Assembly (NCBI GenBank): GCA_039810425.1
Contig: JBDHWW010000057.1
Span: 1-17,682, forward strand
DNA length: 17,682 bases
Source of the DNA: Pseudobdellovibrionaceae bacterium
Lineage (GTDB): Bacteria; Bdellovibrionota; Bdellovibrionia; Bdellovibrionales; Bdellovibrionaceae
Direction of reading: 5' to 3'
Below the pieces are notes generated by a model that searched no databases, had not been told where the DNA came from, and was given only the letters and a program-made list of their open reading frames with translations. Made by a program: the position numbers and the translations under genes. Positions 9,401-15,719 of this stretch are shown piece by piece. Position 1 is the stretch's first letter; the number at the start of each line of letters is the position of its first letter.

Positions 9401-9962
9401 TCAAGATGCTCATGAGCAGCGTGACCTTCGTGTCATCAAGGGCCGGCACCGCCGTCGCACCATCAGAACGTAAAAGCTTGCTCGGAGTGTAAGAGGCGAC
9501 TTTATCCGCCGTTGATGCACTCAATGCAAAAGGAGCTGACGAAATTTCAATGGGAGGAGCCAAGTCTTGGCTGTTCACATTGATAACAAGGCGACGGCTC
9601 TCATTTGAGGTCGCTACGTATCCTCCAGAACAGTCCGTCGCATTGCCGCGAACGCTGCCTGAGGATAGAAAAACGGTTCCCATGCTCAATTGAGGATCAC
9701 TGCCGGTTCGTTTCGGATCCGCCACCGCAGAACCCACTCGAACACTGAAAGCACCCCTGGAATCCGGCACGACTGATTGGGTTTCTTCATAGAGCAAGCA
9801 GTTCAAAGCAGAATCGTAAATTCTTAATGTCAGCGTTGAAGCGGTGGTGATCGGACCACTGGTGTCCTCTAAGACACCTTCGTATACAAACGTGTCCGGC
9901 GCGGCTTGAGCCACGCCCGTCAAAAGAAAAAGACTCAGAATAAACGTGCTGAATTTACTCAT
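6450..9962 (-). CDS. Secreted mosaic phage-tail-fibre-like adhesin (Bdellovibrio MAT-like) with beta-helix region and C-terminal C-type-lectin/FGE-like domain
   Basis: Signal peptide (…AQA); N-terminal domain FVYEGVL…CLLYEETQ…GAFSVRVG…SAPFALSA; fibre motifs SKGYVD, FSGDVTG, LKYDGTRW, PLSKGGTGATT, GTDGQVLTADS…GLKW, GYLSASDWDTFNSKQ; TIYVN…AFQTLQKAVD opening a Gly/Asn-rich beta-helix; Cys-rich end CPIG…GFCMD…CSNRGLRLC…FRCCQ; SD AGGAG. Confidence 0.8.
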   Translation of the reverse strand: MSKFSTFILSLFLLTGVAQAAPDTFVYEGVLEDTSGPITTASTLTLRIYDSALNCLLYEETQSVVPDSRGAFSVRVGSAVADPKRTGSDPQLSMGTVFLSSGSVRGNATDCSGGYVATSNESRRLVINVNSQDLAPPIEISSAPFALSASTADKVASYTPSKLLRSDGATAVPALDDTKVTLLMSILSGGLGSSQTGSGEVVSKGYVDNVAASLLSPSTAFSGDVTGSFNALSVGKIKGIAVDTTGITTNKILKYDGTRWAIGDDNTGVNPGNASSTNLGLMKAGTGLKDSGAGDGLISVDAGTTPGKIVQLDAAAKLPAVDGSALTNLTPANLSAVVPLSKGGTGATTALGAMDALSPLTTKGDVLSSNGINNVRIGVGTDGQVLTADSTQVSGLKWATVAAGGGTVTTVNGVAPISVSSGSSAPLVSMTQASSATAGYLSASDWDTFNSKQSSSLASGKILVGTGAGVAGAVDMAGDATISSTGVVTVAKTQSADPNLILQLSSTGGAKLKNVGLYNGTNILTLAPPAIGGNYSLRFPESPPTSNQMLQSDSAGNLLWTTPALLPTGTVTDNYLKWTGTVWVDAPVSVTSVKSSTLGTAQFPTNCTVNQTMVWSSPTDAFMCAETNAATVSTMDKTIYVNNAGSDINCNGTTAAPATSFPNCAFQTLQKAVDSTPDFIRHKITIEIGSNLVSQGNDLAIAVINKNIAAQSLANGPFLLIKGASGSSSETLSQGGFTGGTGLVIGPAASGVYIKQISINDFQDTGIRVDGGLAIIDDTVFNNNRRALSISSAGRAMLGANINITLANLPSADGSRGIEVYQGSISSEAALNINLGSGLNNRGIGVEFGDISIEDQATITGAGAQYQTGVDVGNSGSLNVSGSYMLRVSMGSNPNASAVQVRNGGHLSVEGTLRLESIANQGLTCENNSTCDFYGDFDLLNSSYGSQGYVTVRNNSTLNAQSNFKVDGTLNNPTAAAIQVSDNSTFKFSPFAPASVLKVSGGTGVRVANNSHFIAEPKSTYNLEFAGVTTLLEATQMSTAVFATNPSGGSYNYPISIDGSSKVTVPAVNSFQHPKRICPIGTTSVDVGDPGFCMDTTNAVAASYYSAVNICSNRGLRLCTKQQYASHCAFGGTIATAAWTADIESLTCGSSALTTTGDTISASHEFRCCQ

Positions 9963-9976
9963 CCTTGATCTCCTGT

Positions 9977-10243
9977 TTAAAACGAAATCTTTCCCTTGAT
10001 TTTATAGTTACCCCCACCCACCGCTGTTTGCAGGGACATATATGTCACACGTCCTTTGAGTTTGTAGACTCCACCCGTCGCGGTTGTTGTCGGCGAAAGA
10101 TTCACAGAGCTTGAAGCTCCAGGCTTTATGGCTTTTTGGATTGTCGGAAAGGTTAAAAAGTCGACCTGAGGATTGCCATCACTGCAACCCATAGCGCCAA
10201 CAAGAATAAATAATAGAATCGGCCATTTGAAGGTAAAACCCAT
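9977..10243 (-). CDS. Small lipoprotein co-transcribed with the fibre gene, with a duplicated C-terminal GGxYK(L/I)KG motif
   Basis: Hydrophobic signal ending AMGC (Cys20); repeats TATGGVYKLKGRVTY and AVGGGNYKIKGKISF; 14-bp gap to the fibre ATG. Confidence 0.75.
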   Translation of the reverse strand: MGFTFKWPILLFILVGAMGCSDGNPQVDFLTFPTIQKAIKPGASSSVNLSPTTTATGGVYKLKGRVTYMSLQTAVGGGNYKIKGKISF

Positions 10244-10250
10244 AGTGAGC

Positions 10251-10277
10251 TTTTCGGAAGTATTAAGAAAAATCTAC
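10251..10277 (-). promoter_or_regulatory. Putative sigma28 (FliA)-type promoter giving a leaderless transcript
   Basis: Minus strand GTAGATTT-N11-TCCGAAAA versus consensus TAAAGTTT-N11-GCCGATAA; the ATG lies 7 nt after the -10 element with no SD. Confidence 0.5.
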
Positions 10278-10341
10278 AGTGCTTTAAGACTGTCATGACT
10301 CGAATCAGGTCGCACCTTGGCGAAGTAGATGAATCGAACAC

Positions 10342-10358
10342 GGCCCCTGTCCGGGGCC
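10342..10358 (-). terminator. GC-rich hairpin downstream of the peptidase gene (possible weak terminator)
   Basis: GGCCCC-N5-GGGGCC stem; no clear U-tract (GTGTTCGATT follows on the minus strand). Confidence 0.3.
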
Positions 10359-10398
10359 TCATCTAAAATTGAGACGGGAAATGAAAAATGAAACTTTT

Positions 10399-13317
10399 TT
10401 ACTCTTTCAATTTGGGAGTGATCTTGACTTCCTTAGCCTGCCCGCCGCGATTGATTTTCATCGTCGTCTCAACGTTAGGCTTAACAGATTGCAGGGTGTA
10501 AACGTAGTCGTATATATTTTCAATTTTAACCCCGTCAAATTCAGTAATCACATCGTTTTCTTGAAGGCCCGCTTGAGCGGCTGGACTGTCTTTCGAGGCA
10601 CCCGAAATACGAACCCCCTTAACGCCTTCTTGGGTGTAATCAGGAATCGTACCCAGGTAGGTGCGAAAACTACGGCCCTCGAGTTGTTTGTTTGGACTTC
10701 CACCGACTTTCACGTAGTTCACCTTCTTCGTGGAACCCTCAGCAAGCAGGCGCGTGTAATCAGCCACGGTTTTAATCACGTGCTCAAGGCCTGGATAATT
10801 CAGCGTGCTTGGGATATCGCGGGGTGAATGATATTCAGCATGCGAACCCGTAAAAAAGTTAATCGACGGAATACCTCCCACATAAAGCGCCATGGAGTCT
10901 GTCGGCAAGTACGGATCGTTTTGCAGGACCATCGGCATCTCTTGGCGAATAGAAACTTCTTCTGAAAGCTGAGCCCAGTGATCGCCTGAACCAACACCCT
11001 GAACATAAAGTTTCTCTTGAAGACGGCCAATCATGTCCATGTTAATACTGGCACTAAAGTAGTCAGGGAGCTTTTGTTTGTGCGCTTTATCCCAGGCTCT
11101 AACAAAAGCCGTGGCTCCTAAAACGCCTGACTCCTCCCCCGACCAAACTGCGAAATAGAGAGCTTTCTTCAAGCTTGAGGGCTTCTTTTTGTATTGATCC
11201 GCAAAATAATGAGCAAGCTCAACAACACCGGAAACGCCTGATGCATTGTCGTCAGCCCCGTAGTGGATTTGCCCGAGTTCATTGCTCTTAGCCAGCGAGT
11301 TCCCGATATCGCCGCGACCCAAGTGATCACCGTGGGCACCGATCAAGACACCGTTTTTAGCGCCTTTCACAGGAAGTCTCGCAACGACATTGATCCCCTG
11401 GGCTTTCTCAAAGTCCAGATTCACGGTTGCTGTCAGATACGTCAGGGGAATGGCGATCGGCTCGGCAGCTTCTCCTTGATCAAGCTTCTTCAGAAGATCT
11501 TTCATGTCTCGGCCCGCAGACTTCAGAAGCTCTTTTAATAAGCCCTGCTGAATTTTAAGAACCGCAAGACTTGAGTCCGAAAGAGTCCCTTCGAATTTCA
11601 GCTTTTTGAGGTCTTCATTCTCCTCTGAAGGGCTCACAAAGATAACTCCGACCGCGCCGGCATTTTTCGCCACCGTCACCTTATGTTGAAGGCGTGCGTT
11701 TGTATTCAGATGGTGCCGCAGTTCTGGTGAGACGTCCTGGGGGATGTCTTTAAGCACGACCACCCATTTACGCTCGACCTTCACATCTTTATAAGAATCG
11801 TAGGCCGGGACCTTCTCTGTCGCCGGAGCTTTAATTCCATAGCCGGCAAAAACCAACGGGGCCTCACTCACTTTGCCGGTCTTTGAAAACGACAGCACGC
11901 CGTAATCTTTTTCGATTTTCAGAACCTTTTTAAAGTTTCCGACAAATTCCATTTTGTTGTCAGCGCCCAGTTTTACGCCTGAAGTGAATTCAAATTTATC
12001 AAAGAAAGATCCATCGTTAGCGCCACCGGTTAAACCGAAAGTTTTAAAAATATCAGCAAGCTTTTGCGTATAGATCTTTTCTTCAGCGCTCCCCACCTTA
12101 CGTCCGGCGAGTTTTTCAGAGGCCAAATATTCCACAACTTTCTTGGCATCAACTGCGGTGATTTCAGGCTTCAAATCCGCTGCCGCGAGTTCTTTCTCCG
12201 GAAGCCCCAAAAGGCCGCGCGCTTGAGCGTCGTCCCAGTCCGCAACAAAGATCTGGCTTTCACCTTTTTCATTTCGGCGAGACCAGGTTAGCTGCGTTCC
12301 ATCGGGCGAAAAGCTTGCTAGACCATCAAAGCCATCGTTAAAAGTCACCCGTACCGGCGGTTTCGTCCCTTGGCTATCAACGATGAAAAGTTCAAAATTC
12401 GAATAGCCCAAAACGCTGGAAGCGAAAATAATGTAATCTCCTGATGGATGATAATAAGGCGCCCAAGACATCGACTTCATATGAGTCACGGCCTTTTGCC
12501 CGCTACCGTCCACATTCATGGTGTAAATTTCCGCCGTGGCCCCATTCGGCGCAAATCGACGCCACGTAATGTATTTGCCATCGGCACTAAAGAACGGGCC
12601 GCCGTCATAACCCTTGGCATCCGTCAGCCGCTTCACCTGAGTGCCGTCTTCTTTCATAATGTAAATATCCATCATGTAAGAAGGGTCCTGCTGGAACATC
12701 TTTTGATCTTCAGGACTGAGCTTTTCGGTGTAGGCCGCGCGGTTGGAGGCAAACACAATCCATTTGCCATCCGGAGAGTAGGAACCTTCGGCATCGTAGC
12801 CCAAAGACTTCGTCAAACGCTTGAGGTTTTTACCTTTCAGATCGGAGGAGTAAATATCGTACTGGTCATCAAAGCTCCAAGAGTAGCGGCCCTTCACCGG
12901 CTTTTTGCGCGACTCAATTTCTTCGTCTTGTTTCTTTTTCCATTGGGGATCCAGGTGAGTTGATGAGAACAAAAGCTTCTTCATGCTTGGATGAATCCAG
13001 CCGCAGGTCGTTTTGCCTTTTCCACTGGAAACCAGATCTGTCTTTCCTGTTTCTAAATCCATCACATACATTTGGTAGAACGGATTTCCCGGATAACGTT
13101 CACTTTGGAAAATCATTTTTTTACCGTCAGCACTGAAGTAGCCCTCACCGGACTTTGGACCTTCGAAAGTGATTTGACGGGCCTTTGTCACAAGCGTGTT
13201 CGGGGTGTCCACAAAGCTTTTTTCCGGCGGAGCCGAGACTTCATCTTTTGCTTGAACAAAGAAAGCGGCCAATATGAAAAAGAACGAGATTGAAGCAAGT
13301 TTAAGTGTATGATTCAT
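10399..13317 (-). CDS. Secreted M28-family aminopeptidase with N-terminal TolB/PD40 repeats, PA domain and C-terminal PDZ domain
   Basis: Signal peptide; PD40 repeats (EGYFSADGKKMIFQS, EGSYSPDGKWIVFAS, GPFFSADGK, SFSPDGTQL); PA insert LVFAGYGI; M28 zinc motifs GAHGDHLG, GADDNASG, SGEE, INMDM, YH; PDZ YLGTIPD…SPAAQAGLQENDVI. Confidence 0.92.
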   Translation of the reverse strand: MNHTLKLASISFFFILAAFFVQAKDEVSAPPEKSFVDTPNTLVTKARQITFEGPKSGEGYFSADGKKMIFQSERYPGNPFYQMYVMDLETGKTDLVSSGKGKTTCGWIHPSMKKLLFSSTHLDPQWKKKQDEEIESRKKPVKGRYSWSFDDQYDIYSSDLKGKNLKRLTKSLGYDAEGSYSPDGKWIVFASNRAAYTEKLSPEDQKMFQQDPSYMMDIYIMKEDGTQVKRLTDAKGYDGGPFFSADGKYITWRRFAPNGATAEIYTMNVDGSGQKAVTHMKSMSWAPYYHPSGDYIIFASSVLGYSNFELFIVDSQGTKPPVRVTFNDGFDGLASFSPDGTQLTWSRRNEKGESQIFVADWDDAQARGLLGLPEKELAAADLKPEITAVDAKKVVEYLASEKLAGRKVGSAEEKIYTQKLADIFKTFGLTGGANDGSFFDKFEFTSGVKLGADNKMEFVGNFKKVLKIEKDYGVLSFSKTGKVSEAPLVFAGYGIKAPATEKVPAYDSYKDVKVERKWVVVLKDIPQDVSPELRHHLNTNARLQHKVTVAKNAGAVGVIFVSPSEENEDLKKLKFEGTLSDSSLAVLKIQQGLLKELLKSAGRDMKDLLKKLDQGEAAEPIAIPLTYLTATVNLDFEKAQGINVVARLPVKGAKNGVLIGAHGDHLGRGDIGNSLAKSNELGQIHYGADDNASGVSGVVELAHYFADQYKKKPSSLKKALYFAVWSGEESGVLGATAFVRAWDKAHKQKLPDYFSASINMDMIGRLQEKLYVQGVGSGDHWAQLSEEVSIRQEMPMVLQNDPYLPTDSMALYVGGIPSINFFTGSHAEYHSPRDIPSTLNYPGLEHVIKTVADYTRLLAEGSTKKVNYVKVGGSPNKQLEGRSFRTYLGTIPDYTQEGVKGVRISGASKDSPAAQAGLQENDVITEFDGVKIENIYDYVYTLQSVKPNVETTMKINRGGQAKEVKITPKLKE

Positions 13318-13319
13318 AG

Positions 13320-13356
13320 TTGCTAGAGGCTATTTCAGGGGGTAGCATGGGGTCAA
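13320..13356. promoter_or_regulatory. Overlapping divergent sigma70-type promoters
   Basis: Plus: TTGCTA (13320-13325)-N17-TAGCAT (13343-13348). Minus: TTGACC (13356-13351)-N18-TAGCCT (13332-13327), 9 nt before the peptidase ATG. Confidence 0.5.
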
Positions 13357-13375
13357 GAATATGAAGGAGCTTCCC

Positions 13376-14029
13376 TTGAAAAGAATTCTTTTTGCAAGCC
13401 TAATGATGCTCACTGCTTGTGCAACAACGGGACCCCGATCCCCCGACACCTTTGAGCGAGGCATACAAGTTTTTAACGCACCATCCATAACAGAAAAAGC
13501 TGAGTTCATTCCGCACACCGAAGAAAAGCCGATGAAGGCCTACTTGGCCATGAATCTGCCGTATGCGCCTTACAATTCCCTCTATGAGCAAGTTCAGGAT
13601 TCTGAGAAAATCCAACTCAATACCCGCGGCGAAGCTCATATCACCGTCGTAACACCTGTTGAATACGATAAGATTTTAAAGAAGCACCTTAGCATCTCTG
13701 AGATCACAAAAATCGCCGAAGAGGCCAGTATCCAAAATCTGAGGTTCACTCCGGTCTGCCTTGGCCGCAGCGAAAAAGAGCTCAACGGTAAACCTGAAAA
13801 AGTCTACTACGTGGTCGTCGACAGTTCGGACTTGATCGGTCTTCGCGGTAAAATTGAAAGGGCTTACGTGAAAAACGGGGGAAGATCGCAGGAATTTATT
13901 CCAGAGAAGTTCCTGCCCCATGTGACTCTGGGCTATACCGCCCGCGATTTACACATCGAAGACGGTGTTTTTAAAAACAAGGCCTCTTGCATTCATCCGT
14001 TCCAAAGGCCCTCGTCACCGACGGAGTAG
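13376..14029 (+). CDS. 2H phosphoesterase superfamily lipoprotein
   Basis: Two HxT motifs, AHITVV and PHVTLG; lipobox LTAC. The start is probably TTG 13376 (AAGGAG at 13364-13369, giving MKRILF…) rather than ATG 13361. Confidence 0.85.
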   Translation: MKRILFASLMMLTACATTGPRSPDTFERGIQVFNAPSITEKAEFIPHTEEKPMKAYLAMNLPYAPYNSLYEQVQDSEKIQLNTRGEAHITVVTPVEYDKILKKHLSISEITKIAEEASIQNLRFTPVCLGRSEKELNGKPEKVYYVVVDSSDLIGLRGKIERAYVKNGGRSQEFIPEKFLPHVTLGYTARDLHIEDGVFKNKASCIHPFQRPSSPTE

Positions 14030-14030
14030 C

Positions 14031-14456
14031 TTATTTTAGGGCGTGGACAAGTTTCGCGTTTGCAGGAGCATTCACACCCGCCGCCAGAGTTTTAAGCTCT
14101 ATCACAGAGTCATCCAAGAATTTACAAAGCTCCCACTGTTTGCCGTCACTGTCTGTCGCCGTCCAATAAGCGGCGCCGACAACATCACACATTCCAGAGG
14201 GATTGCTCGGAGAGGTCTGGTTTTTGAATGCTTTCAAAGAATAAGAAAGACCATTTCCCCATTTGTATTGGGCAAGCTCCGCCGAACCAATAGCGGCTGA
14301 GCCAAACAAACATAGAGGTGTATCGAATTCTGTTTGAACGCTGACATCCCAGTGGATCCCCCCCGCAAAACGGCACTCGCGGCCATACGGAGTTTCAGCA
14401 GAGGCATTAAAACCCAGGATCATCGTCGCGGCAAAAGCAAAAAATGCGGATTTCAT
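14031..14456 (-). CDS. Secreted four-Cys protein with two DUF333-like repeats
   Basis: ATG 14456 with SD AAGGGG; signal peptide MKSAFF…NASA; repeats PYGRECRFAGG…PLCLFG and NPSGMCDVVGA…ELCKFLDD resemble the DUF333 NP…C…GG…C pattern. The ORF-track extension to 14633 overlaps the methyltransferase and is unlikely. Confidence 0.7.
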   Translation of the reverse strand: MKSAFFAFAATMILGFNASAETPYGRECRFAGGIHWDVSVQTEFDTPLCLFGSAAIGSAELAQYKWGNGLSYSLKAFKNQTSPSNPSGMCDVVGAAYWTATDSDGKQWELCKFLDDSVIELKTLAAGVNAPANAKLVHALK

Positions 14457-14506
14457 ATTTGAATTCCCCTTATGTTTCCGGTTGTTTGAGAGTATACCTA
14501 TCAAAG

Positions 14507-15640
14507 ATGCTAGTCGAATGTAAATATAAAGATAAGTGCTCTGGTTGCCAATACTTGGAGATCCCTCTTGAAGAGCAACATCAACGCAAAGCCAAAGAGC
14601 TTTCCAGCTTGCTTCGGAGTGCTCAAATCCCATTTAATGGCAGCTTAGAGGTTATCAGCCCCGCCCCGTCAGGTCTGCGGGACCGCGTAGACCTCGTTTG
14701 GGAGTCCGGGGCCCTGGGACTTTACGAAAAATATTCACCCGGCCAACAGAAGCGTGTTCTTGACCTGGAACAATGCCTACAGCTGTCAAAACCACTGCAG
14801 GCATGGCTCACGGAGGTCCGTAAAATCCACTGGCCAATCAAAAAAGGTTCTTTACGCCTGCGTGTGGGCCCTCAGGACCAGCGCGGGATCTGGCTTGATT
14901 TCGCCAACGTCGATATCAAAACGCTCTTGGGTGAAAAGACTTTGCTTTTAAATTTAATGGATCGCGCGATCGTTGAAATCGGCCAGCGCCACAAAGTTCT
15001 GACTTTGGTCGCCGGAGCACTTAAACTGAAAGACCCAGTGCCGCAGGTGTGGTTTCAAAGTTTCATCGGTGATCAAGCCGTGGATTTATTTTGCTCCATT
15101 GGCACCTTCACGCAACCAGGCCTTCAGGCCAATGCCGCGCTCACAAAAGTCATCGATACGTGGCTGACGGAAGTGGGTTCCGAGCGCATTTTAGAGTTCG
15201 GCTCAGGCGTCGGCAATCTGAGCTTTCCAGCCCTGGGACATCATCGTAGCCTTGTGGCCTGTGAGATCGACAGCGAGGCGCTCAGGGGTTTTAAAAAGAG
15301 CCTGGAGGTTCTTTCTCAGCGATCTGGATTTTCCGATATCAGCGAGCGGGTCACCATTCAACAGGGTGATTTCCAAAATCGACATCCTCAAGATTTTAAA
15401 AATTATGATACAGTACTGGTGAATCCCCCCAGATCCGGGCTGAAAGATTTCCTGGCTCCGCTGATTGAAGAATCACGCAAGCCGAAATTTTTTTTATACA
15501 TGTCCTGTTTCCCAGAGAGTTTTATTACGGATGCCACAAAGCTTGTGGCCGCCGGATATGATCTTAAAAAAATCACCCTTGTCGATCAATTCCCACAGAC
15601 GACTCACTATGAAGTTTTAAGTCTTTGGCGGCTCGATTGA
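14507..15640 (+). CDS. Class I SAM-dependent RNA (uracil-5)-methyltransferase, RlmC/RlmD/TrmA family, without TRAM domain
   Basis: Fe-S motif C-X5-C-X2-C (CKYKDKCSGC) plus a distal Cys (LEQCLQ); FTQ; SAM motif LEFGSGVGNL; VNPPRSG; catalytic YMSC; DQFPQTTHYE. Start taken as ATG 14507. Confidence 0.9.
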   Translation: MLVECKYKDKCSGCQYLEIPLEEQHQRKAKELSSLLRSAQIPFNGSLEVISPAPSGLRDRVDLVWESGALGLYEKYSPGQQKRVLDLEQCLQLSKPLQAWLTEVRKIHWPIKKGSLRLRVGPQDQRGIWLDFANVDIKTLLGEKTLLLNLMDRAIVEIGQRHKVLTLVAGALKLKDPVPQVWFQSFIGDQAVDLFCSIGTFTQPGLQANAALTKVIDTWLTEVGSERILEFGSGVGNLSFPALGHHRSLVACEIDSEALRGFKKSLEVLSQRSGFSDISERVTIQQGDFQNRHPQDFKNYDTVLVNPPRSGLKDFLAPLIEESRKPKFFLYMSCFPESFITDATKLVAAGYDLKKITLVDQFPQTTHYEVLSLWRLD

Positions 15641-15665
15641 CTTTCTGCTTGCGGAATAACATTAT
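15637..15665 (+). promoter_or_regulatory. Putative sigma70 promoter of the DUF2339 gene
   Basis: TTGACT-N17-CATTAT, with the -35 overlapping the methyltransferase stop codon. Confidence 0.45.
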
Positions 15666-15719
15666 CTAAACATAAAGGCTTTATTAGGTCACATCCGCGA
15701 TTTAGCAACGGGAGATGCC

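Noticed and set aside
6450..9962. Prophage tail fibre
   Set aside because: The protein has a Sec signal peptide, and no capsid, terminase, tail or integrase genes are nearby.
14444..14633. Apparent head-to-head overlap of ORFs 14031-14633(-) and 14444-15640(+)
   Set aside because: Artefact of longest-ORF calling; starts at 14456 and 14507 remove the overlap.
15665..15691. Second dif-like site (minus strand TGACCTAATAA-AGCCT-TTATGTTTAGA)
   Set aside because: The central region is 5 bp instead of 6 and it overlaps a promoter; better explained as an operator palindrome.
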